Below are positions 6,949 to 15,856 of a stretch of DNA of 64,000 nt, piece by piece. Each line of letters starts with the position of its first letter. Position 1 is the stretch's first letter. The stretch is from Nitrospinales bacterium (GTDB lineage: Bacteria; Nitrospinota; Nitrospinia; Nitrospinales; VA-1). The notes beneath the pieces are model-generated. The model did no database searches, had not been told where the DNA came from, and saw only the letters and a program-made list of their open reading frames with translations. The stretch lies in assembly GCA_965223345.1 (NCBI GenBank), contig CBDCWG010000007.1, positions 160,001 through 224,000 on the forward strand, written 5' to 3'. A program made the position numbers and the translations under genes.

Positions 6949-9114
6949 TCACCCTCTCTCGAACGGCCGCCAGGTGAGCGCCAGGCCGCCAAACACGTTG
7001 AAGGGAGCCGCGGGTTCGAAGAAGCGGCCGCCCGCCGCGTTGATGCGGGTGTTGGCATTGTAGCTTTCATCCAGCAGGTTGTTCAATCCGACGAAGGCGC
7101 GCCAGGTGAACGCGCCCATCTCCCCTTCCCGGCCCGCGGTCAGGCTAGTGGCGGTGTAGGCGTCGTTCCCGGCGCTGTTGGCGTTGTTCACGAAAAAATC
7201 GTCCACGTGCTGAAACTCGAAGCGGCCGAACCAGCCGGTCTCCGATTTCGCCTGCAGGCGGCCGGCGACGCGGTGCTCGGGAATGCCGGGGATGGCCCTG
7301 CCGGAAAAATCGCTGCCGTCTGCGAGAAACTCGGTGAACTGGAAATCGCTGTAGGTGTAGGACACAAACAGGTCGAGTACGGAATTGGGCCGGTAGCGGG
7401 CGCTCGCCTCGACGCCTTTGCGCTCGGAAGCGCCAGCGTTGCGGAAAAAATTGCGCCCCGGCGAGCCGGGCAGCTCGAAGGGGATGATCTCATCGTCGGA
7501 GCGGATGAAAAACAGCGCCAGATCGTAATCGAGTTTTTTCCCGAGGCCCTTGCCTTTCAGCCCCACTTCGTAGCTCACCGATTGCTGGGCGTCGAGATCG
7601 GGGTTGAACCCCGGCCCGCCGGAGGGGTTGACGATCAGCTCGGTGGTGGTCGGCACTTCGAACACGGTGCCGATGTTGGCGTACACGTCCAGGTTCTCGC
7701 GCCAGTGGGCCACCGCGCCGACGCTGCCACTCCATTCGGAAAGCGTGCGCGAGCCGGACTGGTCGCCGTCGCTCAGAAACGCATCGTCGAGCTCGAAGCG
7801 CACACGGTCGTAGCGCAGCCCGAAAGCCACATCCAGCCAGGATGTCAGGCGCATCTCCTGACGGGCGTAGGGGCCGACGCTGGTGACGGTTTCGATCTGA
7901 TCGAGCGTGAGCGCGCCCTGCACGCTCTGGTTGTTGTCAAAACGCTGGCGGTTGTCGCGCTGGTGCGAGACGTCCACGCCGAACACGAAGCGGGTGCGGC
8001 GATCGAACCACTCGGTGTCGAACACCGAGCGGATTTCCAGCCCCGGCGCAATGCGCTCGAATTCGACGATGCCGCCGCTGACGAACGGCAGCTTGTTGGA
8101 AAACACCCGGTGCCGGAGGTGCGTGGTGACGAACAACTGCAATCGCGCGGTGAGGTCCTTGCGGAAGCGCAGCGCCGCCTGGTTTTCGGTGACCTGCTCG
8201 CCGGCGGAAAACAACAGATTGGCCGCGCGCGCCTGCTCCGGGTCGGCGTCCGCCTGCTCTTTCGTCAACGCGCCGGGATCTTCCGCCAGCGGCGAGTTGA
8301 AATGCGACAGCGTGAGTTGCCAATCGGCCCCGGAGGGAGTTTCAAAGCGGAACTTGCCGTTCACCAGGGTGTTCTCGGTGGCGCTGTGCTCGCGGTGGCC
8401 GGAATAATCCAGATGCGAGGTGAACACCCGGTAGTTGAACGCCTCATTGAGCGTGTCCCGCGTGCCGCCCAGACTGGCCTGATATTTTCTCAGCCCGAAG
8501 GAGCCGGCGACGAACCGCGGGGCGATTTCCAGCGGCGTGTCGGGGCCGTCGCGCGTCGAAAGGTCGAGCACCCCGCCGGACGCGTTGCCGTACAGCGAGG
8601 AAGACGGGCCGCGCAGCACTTCCATCGATTCGAGCAGCGCCGGATCGATGGCATCGAGCTGGGTCAGGCCGTCGGGCAGGGTCTGGGACACGCCGTCCAC
8701 GCGCACCTTCACGCCGCGCACACCGAACGGCGAACGGGCGCCGAATCCGCGGATGGAAATCCTCAGGTCCTGGGCGAAATTTTCCGGGTTCTGCAAAAAA
8801 AGCCCCGGCAGAGGCGTCAGGGCTTCATCGAGGGTCAGGCTGGGCCGGGCGTTGCGGATTTCCCCGGCATCCAGTTTATGAATGGAGGCGGGCACATCGC
8901 GGGCCGGTTTGCGGGATCGCACCGAGGTGACGGTCACCGCAGGCAGGGTCAGGACTTCGGGGGCTTCCTCATTGCCGGGGGTCTCGGCGGCGCGCACGCT
9001 GCCGGGATCGAACATAGCCAAGAGCAGGCACAGCACGGCCAAAGGGAACGTCCGCGGCCTGCGGACACCAGCAGAAGGGGCGACGGAAACGATGGATGAC
9101 GGGGATTGCGGCAC
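6949..9114 (-). CDS. TonB-dependent outer-membrane receptor
   Basis: Signal peptide, TonB-box-like 'VTVTS', plug motifs 'ISIRGFG' and 'MEVLRGPSSSLYGNASGGVL', and a 'GLNNLLDESY' barrel C-terminus. Confidence 0.9.
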   Translation of the reverse strand: MPQSPSSIVSVAPSAGVRRPRTFPLAVLCLLLAMFDPGSVRAAETPGNEEAPEVLTLPAVTVTSVRSRKPARDVPASIHKLDAGEIRNARPSLTLDEALTPLPGLFLQNPENFAQDLRISIRGFGARSPFGVRGVKVRVDGVSQTLPDGLTQLDAIDPALLESMEVLRGPSSSLYGNASGGVLDLSTRDGPDTPLEIAPRFVAGSFGLRKYQASLGGTRDTLNEAFNYRVFTSHLDYSGHREHSATENTLVNGKFRFETPSGADWQLTLSHFNSPLAEDPGALTKEQADADPEQARAANLLFSAGEQVTENQAALRFRKDLTARLQLFVTTHLRHRVFSNKLPFVSGGIVEFERIAPGLEIRSVFDTEWFDRRTRFVFGVDVSHQRDNRQRFDNNQSVQGALTLDQIETVTSVGPYARQEMRLTSWLDVAFGLRYDRVRFELDDAFLSDGDQSGSRTLSEWSGSVGAVAHWRENLDVYANIGTVFEVPTTTELIVNPSGGPGFNPDLDAQQSVSYEVGLKGKGLGKKLDYDLALFFIRSDDEIIPFELPGSPGRNFFRNAGASERKGVEASARYRPNSVLDLFVSYTYSDFQFTEFLADGSDFSGRAIPGIPEHRVAGRLQAKSETGWFGRFEFQHVDDFFVNNANSAGNDAYTATSLTAGREGEMGAFTWRAFVGLNNLLDESYNANTRINAAGGRFFEPAAPFNVFGGLALTWRPFERG

Positions 9115-9179
9115 AAGCGGCCCCTACAATGAATCGGCCTCGTTCGCTTCCGAGGCTTCATAGACCATACCGGGACGGC

Positions 9180-9536
9180 TCAGGCGCTGCCTTTATCCAG
9201 AATATGCAGGATCGACTCCAGATCCTGCTGGATCTTCTGTTTGAGATGCAACCGCTTTTCCCGCTCCTCGGGGGAAGTCTGCCCGTTTTTGCGCGCCTCG
9301 CGCAGTTTCTGCTTGGCGCCGGCGATGGTGAATTTTTCTTCGTACAAGAGCCGCTTGATCTCAAGGATCATCTCCACGTCTTTGCGCTTGTAGAGTCTCT
9401 GGCCGGCCCGGTTTTTTTCCGGCTTGAGGGTGTCGAATTCCTCCTCCCAGTAGCGCAGAACGTGCTGCTCCACCTGGGCGACCTGAGCCACTTCACCGAT
9501 CTTGAAAAACAGCTTGTCGGGTATGACGGGATTCAT
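9180..9536 (-). CDS. MerR-family transcriptional regulator
   Basis: 'FFKIGEVAQ...[20 protein letters not shown]'. Usual position downstream of ihfA, with a 4-bp overlap. Confidence 0.9.
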   Translation of the reverse strand: MNPVIPDKLFFKIGEVAQVAQVEQHVLRYWEEEFDTLKPEKNRAGQRLYKRKDVEMILEIKRLLYEEKFTIAGAKQKLREARKNGQTSPEEREKRLHLKQKIQQDLESILHILDKGSA

Positions 9537-9850
9537 TCGGTCGATTGATCCGTTGACATCAATAGTTGCTTGCTCGGCTTGAAGGACAGCACCCGCCGGG
9601 ATCGGATGAGTATGGGCTCGCCGGTTTTGGGGTTGCGAGCGTTGCGGGCTTTCTTTTCCTTCAGGTAGAAGCTGGCGAAGCCGGCGATGCGCACGTTTTC
9701 GCCGCGGGCCAGTTCCGATTTGATTTCGCCGAACAGAATCTCCACCGCTTCGATGGCCTCCTGGCGGGTGAATCCCACTTTCTGGTAGACCCGCTCCACC
9801 AGATCGGCCTTGACGACGGTGGTCCTTTCATCATCCAGTAGTTTTTTCAC
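9533..9850 (-). CDS. ihfA: Integration host factor subunit alpha
   Basis: 'KADLVERVY', '[12 protein letters not shown]' and 'ARNPKTGE...RRVLSFKPS'. GTG start at 9850 after an AAGGGA RBS. Confidence 0.85.
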   Translation of the reverse strand: MKKLLDDERTTVVKADLVERVYQKVGFTRQEAIEAVEILFGEIKSELARGENVRIAGFASFYLKEKKARNARNPKTGEPILIRSRRVLSFKPSKQLLMSTDQSTE

Positions 9851-9946
9851 ATTCAATCCCTTGAACGTCGTTTTTGGAAACGGAGGCCCTTCGTCCAATC
9901 CGTTGGACGAAAACCCAGTGCCTCCGCGTTTTTGTCTAAAAATCGG

Positions 9947-12040
9947 TCATTCTTTTTCCTTTTCGTACTCTTTGTTCGCTTCCTCAATTATTTTTTTCGA
10001 AAGATGCTCGGGAACGTCGTCGTAATGGTCGAATTCCATCACGAACATGCCCCGGCCGCTGGTCATGGAGCGCAGATCCGCCACGTAATTCAGCACTTCC
10101 GACATGGGAATGTGGACGCGGATGGTCTGGGTGTCGCCCTCGGCGTCGATGCCCTGGATTTTTCCACGCTTGGAGTTGAGGTCGCCCATCACATCCCCCA
10201 CGTATTCGCCGGGAATGATGACCTCCATATTCATTATCGGCTCGAGCAGGATCGGTCTGCAATCCAGAACGCCTTTTTTGAACCCCAGTGAACCCGCGAT
10301 CTTGAACGCCATTTCCGAGGAATCCACGTCGTGGTAGGACCCGTCGTACAGCGACACCTTCACATCCACCATAGGATAATGGGCGATGACGCCCTGGGCC
10401 ATGGCCTCCTGAATGCCCTTGGCCACAGCGGGGATGTAGGTTTTGGGGATGGCGCCGCCGACGATCTTGTCCTCGAATTCGAAGCCCTTGCCTTTGGGCA
10501 GCGGCGAAATCTCCAGCCAGGTGTCGCCGAACTGGCCGCGCCCGCCGGTCTGTTTCTTGTATTTGCCCTGCACCTTGGTGCGGCCGCGGATCGTCTCCCG
10601 GTAGGGGACTTTCGGCGGCTTCACATCGACCTCCACGCTGAAGCGCTTTTTCATGCGGTCGATCAGCACTTCCAGGTGCACGGGCCCCATGCCGGAAATC
10701 AACAGTTCGTGGGTCTGGGCGTTGCGTTCCACCTTCAGGGTGGGGTCCTCTTCGGTCAGCCGGCTTAAGGCGTTGCTGATTTTCTCCTCATCGGCGCGGG
10801 TCTTGGGCACGATGGCCTGGGACAGCACGGGCACCGGGAACTGGATGGGATCGAACACGATGGGCTTGCCGGAATCGGAGAAGGTGTCGCCGGTTTCCGT
10901 GACTTTCAGTTTCGCCACGGCTCCCAGATCGCCGGCCGAGACCTCGGGCACCGGAACCTGCTTTTTGCCCTGCAGGAAAAAGATCTGGCCGACCCGCTCG
11001 TTGGTCTCTTTGGACGCATTGTAGACACTGCCGTCGCCCTTGATGGTGCCCGAAAAGACGCGAAACAGCGTCAGCTTGCCCGCATACGGGTCCGACAGGG
11101 TCTTGAACACCAGACTGGACATGGGCGCCGACGCGTCGTTCTCGCGGCTGGTCTCGGAGCCGTCTTTGGGGTTTTTTCCCGCAACGGCCTTGCGTTTGTC
11201 GGGTCCGGAGAGGTAATGGGTGATGGCGTTGAGCAACAGATCGATCCCCATGTTCTCGGTCGCCGAACCGCACAGCACGGGGATCAGCTCGCCGCTTTCG
11301 ATGCCGTTGCGCAAACCGGCGTTGAATTCCTCATCGGTGAGCTCGCCTTTTTCCAGATAGACCTCGATCAGCGTGTCGTCCACCTCGGCCACCGCTTCGG
11401 TGAGCTCGGCGCGGCTCATTTCCACATCGTCCTTCAGCTCGTCCGGAATCGGCCCGGCCTTGCCTTTGCCCTTGCCGCCCTTCTCGTAGGCGTAATACTT
11501 GTTCTCGACCAGATCGACGATGCCGGAGAAGGACTCCGCTGAACCCACGGGCATCTGCAGAAAAACCGGATTCTTTTTGAATTTCTTCTTGATGGCTTCC
11601 AGGATGTTCGCCACGTTGGCGCGCTCGTGGTCCATCTTGTTCAAAAACACCAGGCGGGAGAGGTTCTGCTCGTCGGCCCATTGCCAGACTTTTTCGGTGT
11701 AAAACTGCATGCCTTCGTCGGCGCCGATCACCACGACGGCTTCATCGATCACCCGGATGCAGGCGGGGGTGTCGGCGATGAAATTGTTGTCGCCGGGCGT
11801 GTCCAGCAGGTTGACCTTGTGCTTGTCCCAGTCACAGAACGCGAGGGAGGCGTTGATCGTGTGGCCGCGCTTCATTTCATCGGCGTCGTAATCCATGACG
11901 GAAGAGTTGTCGCCGACCACCCCCAGCCGGTCGGAAACCCCGGCGGTGTAGAGGATGGCTTCCGCGACGGACGTTTTTCCCGAAGCTCCGTGCCCAACGA
12001 GTCCCACATTTCTGATGTCCTGTAGATTGTATTGTTTCAT
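9947..12040 (-). CDS. fusA: Elongation factor G paralog (EF-G2/FusA2-like)
   Basis: GHGASGKTS, DTPG and NKMD G-motifs; 'YKKQTGGRGQFG' and 'DGSYHDVDSSEMAF'. Not flanked by rpsL/rpsG/tuf. Confidence 0.9.
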   Translation of the reverse strand: MKQYNLQDIRNVGLVGHGASGKTSVAEAILYTAGVSDRLGVVGDNSSVMDYDADEMKRGHTINASLAFCDWDKHKVNLLDTPGDNNFIADTPACIRVIDEAVVVIGADEGMQFYTEKVWQWADEQNLSRLVFLNKMDHERANVANILEAIKKKFKKNPVFLQMPVGSAESFSGIVDLVENKYYAYEKGGKGKGKAGPIPDELKDDVEMSRAELTEAVAEVDDTLIEVYLEKGELTDEEFNAGLRNGIESGELIPVLCGSATENMGIDLLLNAITHYLSGPDKRKAVAGKNPKDGSETSRENDASAPMSSLVFKTLSDPYAGKLTLFRVFSGTIKGDGSVYNASKETNERVGQIFFLQGKKQVPVPEVSAGDLGAVAKLKVTETGDTFSDSGKPIVFDPIQFPVPVLSQAIVPKTRADEEKISNALSRLTEEDPTLKVERNAQTHELLISGMGPVHLEVLIDRMKKRFSVEVDVKPPKVPYRETIRGRTKVQGKYKKQTGGRGQFGDTWLEISPLPKGKGFEFEDKIVGGAIPKTYIPAVAKGIQEAMAQGVIAHYPMVDVKVSLYDGSYHDVDSSEMAFKIAGSLGFKKGVLDCRPILLEPIMNMEVIIPGEYVGDVMGDLNSKRGKIQGIDAEGDTQTIRVHIPMSEVLNYVADLRSMTSGRGMFVMEFDHYDDVPEHLSKKIIEEANKEYEKEKE

Positions 12041-12123
12041 CTCGAACCTCTGGGAAAATTAAAATCCTGCGATGCCGATCGACTCCCGAGCCGTGCGTGA
12101 CGACGCTGGTTTTGCGCTGCGGA

Positions 12124-14517
12124 TCAGGACATGTGATCCGCCAGTTTTTTCATTTTCTGATAGACCGTGCCCTCAAAAGAAGGAAACATCTTGAACACCC
12201 GCTTCATGCCCGCCGAATTCATGCGGATGGTGTACACATCGTCGGTGGCGGCCAGCGCGGTGACCGGGTGTTCCATATCGAGAAGGCTGCCCGCTTCGCC
12301 GACCACATCTCCCTGAGACAGGACCGCCTCTCTGGACTTCTGGTTTGTTATTTCGACCTGGCCGGAAAGAATGATGTGCGTTTCTTTCGCTCCGGCGTCT
12401 TCGGTCAAAATCCGATCGTCCTTGCTCCAATGCATGATCGTGCCGAATGCGAGGGAGGCGATGAGACTCGGAGGCATCACGTCGCAGAAGTAATTTCTTA
12501 TTTTGTAAAAGTTGTCCTGAATTTGCGGAAGATTATACACCTTATACAACCGACTGGGGATTTGAAGCAAGGTCAAAGGTGATTTTGCCCGGATGGTGGC
12601 GCGGCGTTTCGAATCGTCGGTGCTGACGGCGAGCTCGCCGAAAAACTCGCCTTTTTCGTAAAAGGCGTAGGGCTTGCCGTCGATGATGATCTCGGCGAAC
12701 CCGTCCAGGATGACAAAAAAATCGTCGCCCTCCTCGCCCTGGGAAAACACGATTTCGTCCGCCTGGTAGTTGACCACTTCGGATTCATTGAGGATATTCA
12801 GCACGTCCTCATCTTTAAGCCCTTTAAATAGATGAACTTGCTGCACAGCCTCCGTTTTTTCGGCAGGCAGTGCGGGCGGCTGCGGAATCAGGGTCAGGGT
12901 CTGTCCCTCGTGGGCATAGCGGTAGCGCGGGTGCGCTTCCGGGTCGTAATGCTGGTGCACCAGGATCAGGTTTTTCACCACGGAATCGTCCAGGTGATCC
13001 AGGGACTTGAGCTTGGTGTGGATGGTGCCGCCGCCGATGTCGTGGATGATGCAGTCCGCATCCCAGACAAAGCCTAAAATGGCGTCTCTGCGTTTTTCGG
13101 TGAAAAACCCCTGCTGGTACCATTCGTTCACTTTCTCCACATCGTACTTGGTGTCGCCGGAATGGCTGATGCGGGTCTCCCTGCCGGATGCGTCCTCATG
13201 GGTCAGCTGGAACCGGCCGGCCGGGATGGAATGCAGGGAGTAGTCGAAGGTGAACCAGGTGTTCTCGAATCCGGGGAGCCGGGTCTTTTTCTGTGGCTCG
13301 ACCTCATAAAAATCGACGAGCCGCTCCAACAGCTCGATGGGAAAACAGGTGACCGCCACCATCTTGCGCAGAAAACTCTCGAAGATGATGCGGGTCGAAA
13401 CGATTTTCATCCGCTGGCCGGAAAGCAGGATTTCGGCGATGCCGGTGTCGTGGTCGGAATGGACGTGGCTCAGGAAAATGTAGTGGATGTCGCCTTCGGA
13501 AATGCCGTACTGCAGGGCGAGCCGGAGGCTGTCGTGCAGGGAGTCCACCATGATGCCCTTGCCTTCCGACCAGGCGATGAGGCAACTGTTGCGCCTTTTG
13601 GGCGTGAAACCGGACCCCACCCCCAGAAAGGTCACGCCCATCTGCGGTTTTTCTATCAACTGGAACTCGGGCAGCGGCTCGGGCGGGTCCAGGTGGCTGA
13701 TGTCCACCCGGGCCACGGTTTCGTTTTTATACTCAATGTCGAACGCCGAAGGCCGGGCCTGCACGATTTTCATCTTCTGCCGCTTGTCTTGCCCTGCAAC
13801 GAGCACGCTGTGCTTGCGGTCGAATTCGACGAAATCGATCAGCTTGTCGAGAAACTTTTCCCGGTCCTTGTACTCCGCCAGCGAGAACAGCTCCATCTCC
13901 ATTTTCAGCTGCGCGCAGAGCAGGTAGTTTGCGGTCAACTCCTTTTCGAAGCGCGGCAGTTTCCGGTTTTTGAGCCAGCGGTGTTTTTTCAGGACCTCCG
14001 CAAGGTGGTCGCCGACGGCGCGCTCCACCTGTTTGTAGCCGGTCTGGTTTTTGAGATTTTTTTTGTACAGGTTGAACAGCTTGCGGTCGGAGGCGACGGC
14101 CTTTAAAAACGCGTCGAACCGTTCCTCGTCTTTGGCATTGAACTTCCGGCGCTGCCGGTATTTGTGAAACTGGGCACTCAACAGTTCGACGAAGCGGGGG
14201 CCGAACAGGGTTTCATAGAGAATGGACTGGAAGCGTTTTTTCTGATCGCGCGTGCAATAGACGGAAATTTTTTCTTTCTGCGCTTTTTCGAACAGAAAGC
14301 TGTAGATGATGAACTCGAAATCGAAGTTGTTCCTGCCGCGGATGAAGGTGCGTATGGGAATCACGTAGTGCTTCGGCAGCGGCTCGCCGCGCGCGGCGAA
14401 ATCCTTCACCATGCCGGGCGGACAGCCGAACACGATGCTTTCGAAGCCCTCCGCTTTCAGAACCCGGTAGTTGTGTCCCTTGAAAACTGTGAACGTTTTT
14501 TTTGCTGGGTTCTTCAT
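12124..14517 (-). CDS. Metallo-beta-lactamase-fold hydrolase with C-terminal cyclic-nucleotide-binding domain(s); putative cNMP phosphodiesterase
   Basis: 'FLGVGSGF', 'SHVHSDHD' (HxHxDH), 'HSIP' and 'SGDT'; cNMP motifs 'QGEEGDDFFVILDG' and 'GEFFGELA...RRATIRA'; a second degenerate cNMP domain. ATG at 14517. Confidence 0.8.
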   Translation of the reverse strand: MKNPAKKTFTVFKGHNYRVLKAEGFESIVFGCPPGMVKDFAARGEPLPKHYVIPIRTFIRGRNNFDFEFIIYSFLFEKAQKEKISVYCTRDQKKRFQSILYETLFGPRFVELLSAQFHKYRQRRKFNAKDEERFDAFLKAVASDRKLFNLYKKNLKNQTGYKQVERAVGDHLAEVLKKHRWLKNRKLPRFEKELTANYLLCAQLKMEMELFSLAEYKDREKFLDKLIDFVEFDRKHSVLVAGQDKRQKMKIVQARPSAFDIEYKNETVARVDISHLDPPEPLPEFQLIEKPQMGVTFLGVGSGFTPKRRNSCLIAWSEGKGIMVDSLHDSLRLALQYGISEGDIHYIFLSHVHSDHDTGIAEILLSGQRMKIVSTRIIFESFLRKMVAVTCFPIELLERLVDFYEVEPQKKTRLPGFENTWFTFDYSLHSIPAGRFQLTHEDASGRETRISHSGDTKYDVEKVNEWYQQGFFTEKRRDAILGFVWDADCIIHDIGGGTIHTKLKSLDHLDDSVVKNLILVHQHYDPEAHPRYRYAHEGQTLTLIPQPPALPAEKTEAVQQVHLFKGLKDEDVLNILNESEVVNYQADEIVFSQGEEGDDFFVILDGFAEIIIDGKPYAFYEKGEFFGELAVSTDDSKRRATIRAKSPLTLLQIPSRLYKVYNLPQIQDNFYKIRNYFCDVMPPSLIASLAFGTIMHWSKDDRILTEDAGAKETHIILSGQVEITNQKSREAVLSQGDVVGEAGSLLDMEHPVTALAATDDVYTIRMNSAGMKRVFKMFPSFEGTVYQKMKKLADHMS

Positions 14518-14518
14518 C

Positions 14519-15841
14519 TCAATCCCCCTCGTCTCGGGCTGTGAACAGAAGCCGGAGGGGGGTCCCGGAAAAACCAAAATCCTTTCTCAAACTGTTGGCG
14601 AGATACCTGCGGTAGGAAAAATGCACTCCCTTGGGGTAGTTGACGAAACAGCGGAACGTGGGCGGCCGGCTCTTGACCTGCGTGGTGTAGAACAGTTTCA
14701 AAAACTTTCCCCGGTAGCTGCTCATGGGATTTTTGCGGATGGCGCGCTCGAAACAGTCGTTCAAACGTCCGGTGGATATGCTGCGTGAATACTCCTTGTA
14801 GGCTTTTTCGACGGCCGGAAGCAGCTTTTCCAGGCCGCGGCCTGTTTTGGCGGAAACCGAAACCACCGGAGCGAATTCGAGAAACTTCAGTTTGTCCCGC
14901 ACCCGCTCGACGAATTCCGGGTAGGCTTTTCTGGGTTCCTGCATCAGATCCCACTTGTTCGCGGCGAGCACGCAGCCCCGCCCCTTGTCGTATGCGTAGC
15001 CGGCGATGGTCGCGTCCTGCTCGGTCACGCCTTCGCTGGCGTCCAGAACGAGCACGGCGATGTCGCACCGGTCCAGCGCCTTGAGCGCCATGATCACGCT
15101 GAACTTCTCCAGCAGATCGCGGGTCTTGCCTTTTCGGCGGATCCCGGCGGTGTCGATCAGCACGTATTCCCGGCCGTTGAACGTCAAGCGCGAGTCCACC
15201 GCGTCCCGCGTGGTGCCGGGCTTAGGGGACACGATGCAGCGCTCCGAATTCAACAGTTTGTTGACGATGGATGATTTTCCGGCGTTGGGCTTGCCGACGA
15301 TCGCCACGCGGATCGCATCCTGCGATTCGGGCTCGTCTTCCTGCTCCGGCATCCCCGCCACGAGGGCTTCCATCAATTCGAGGATGCCGTGCCCGTGTTC
15401 CGCCGAAATGGGAAACACGTTGTCCGATCCCATCTGATAAAACTCGTACAGATCGGTTTCCCTGCCGGGATGATCCACTTTGTTCACAGCCACGTAAAGC
15501 GGTTTCCCGGATTTTCGCACCAGCTGGATCACCTCCCGGTCCTGGGGGGTGCAGCCGATCTTTGAATCCACCACGAATACGATGCAGTCCGCTTCTTCCT
15601 GGGCGATGCGGGCCTGCTCTTTGACCTGATCGTCCAGATCCCCCGTCTGGTCGAAATCGATGCCGCCGGTGTCCACCAGAATGACCGGACGCCCGCTCCA
15701 TTCGGTGCGTTCGTACAGGCGGTCGCGTGTCACGCCGGGCGTGTCGTTGACGATGGCGGAGCGATTCTGCGTCAGTTTGTTGAAAAGCGTGGATTTACCG
15801 ACGTTGGCTCTGCCAATGATGACGACGACCGGAACCGGCAT
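14519..15841 (-). CDS. der: Ribosome biogenesis GTPase Der (EngA)
   Basis: Two G domains (GRANVGKST/DTGG/NKVD and GKPNAGKSS/DTAG/NKWD) and a KH-like C-terminus 'YRRYLAN.LR..FGF.GTP'. Confidence 0.97.
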   Translation of the reverse strand: MPVPVVVIIGRANVGKSTLFNKLTQNRSAIVNDTPGVTRDRLYERTEWSGRPVILVDTGGIDFDQTGDLDDQVKEQARIAQEEADCIVFVVDSKIGCTPQDREVIQLVRKSGKPLYVAVNKVDHPGRETDLYEFYQMGSDNVFPISAEHGHGILELMEALVAGMPEQEDEPESQDAIRVAIVGKPNAGKSSIVNKLLNSERCIVSPKPGTTRDAVDSRLTFNGREYVLIDTAGIRRKGKTRDLLEKFSVIMALKALDRCDIAVLVLDASEGVTEQDATIAGYAYDKGRGCVLAANKWDLMQEPRKAYPEFVERVRDKLKFLEFAPVVSVSAKTGRGLEKLLPAVEKAYKEYSRSISTGRLNDCFERAIRKNPMSSYRGKFLKLFYTTQVKSRPPTFRCFVNYPKGVHFSYRRYLANSLRKDFGFSGTPLRLLFTARDEGD

Positions 15842-15856
15842 GTTGTGTGCACCTCA

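Noticed and set aside
6539..6952. Short ORFs in the tag-TonB gap (64-127 aa)
   Set aside because: They translate through repeat elements (for example 'LSLSKHDPAPFDKLS' and 'RKDAKIAK') and have no coding signal.
6937..9099. 720-aa plus-strand ORF, and similar long antisense ORFs at 399-1760, 3803-5275, 25934-28282 and 47981-49879
   Set aside because: Shadow frames opposite well-supported genes, as expected from high GC3 codon bias; no recognisable motifs.
9115..9179. Cobalamin riboswitch or Fur box ahead of the TonB receptor
   Set aside because: The gap is only 65 nt and GC-rich, with no matching consensus.
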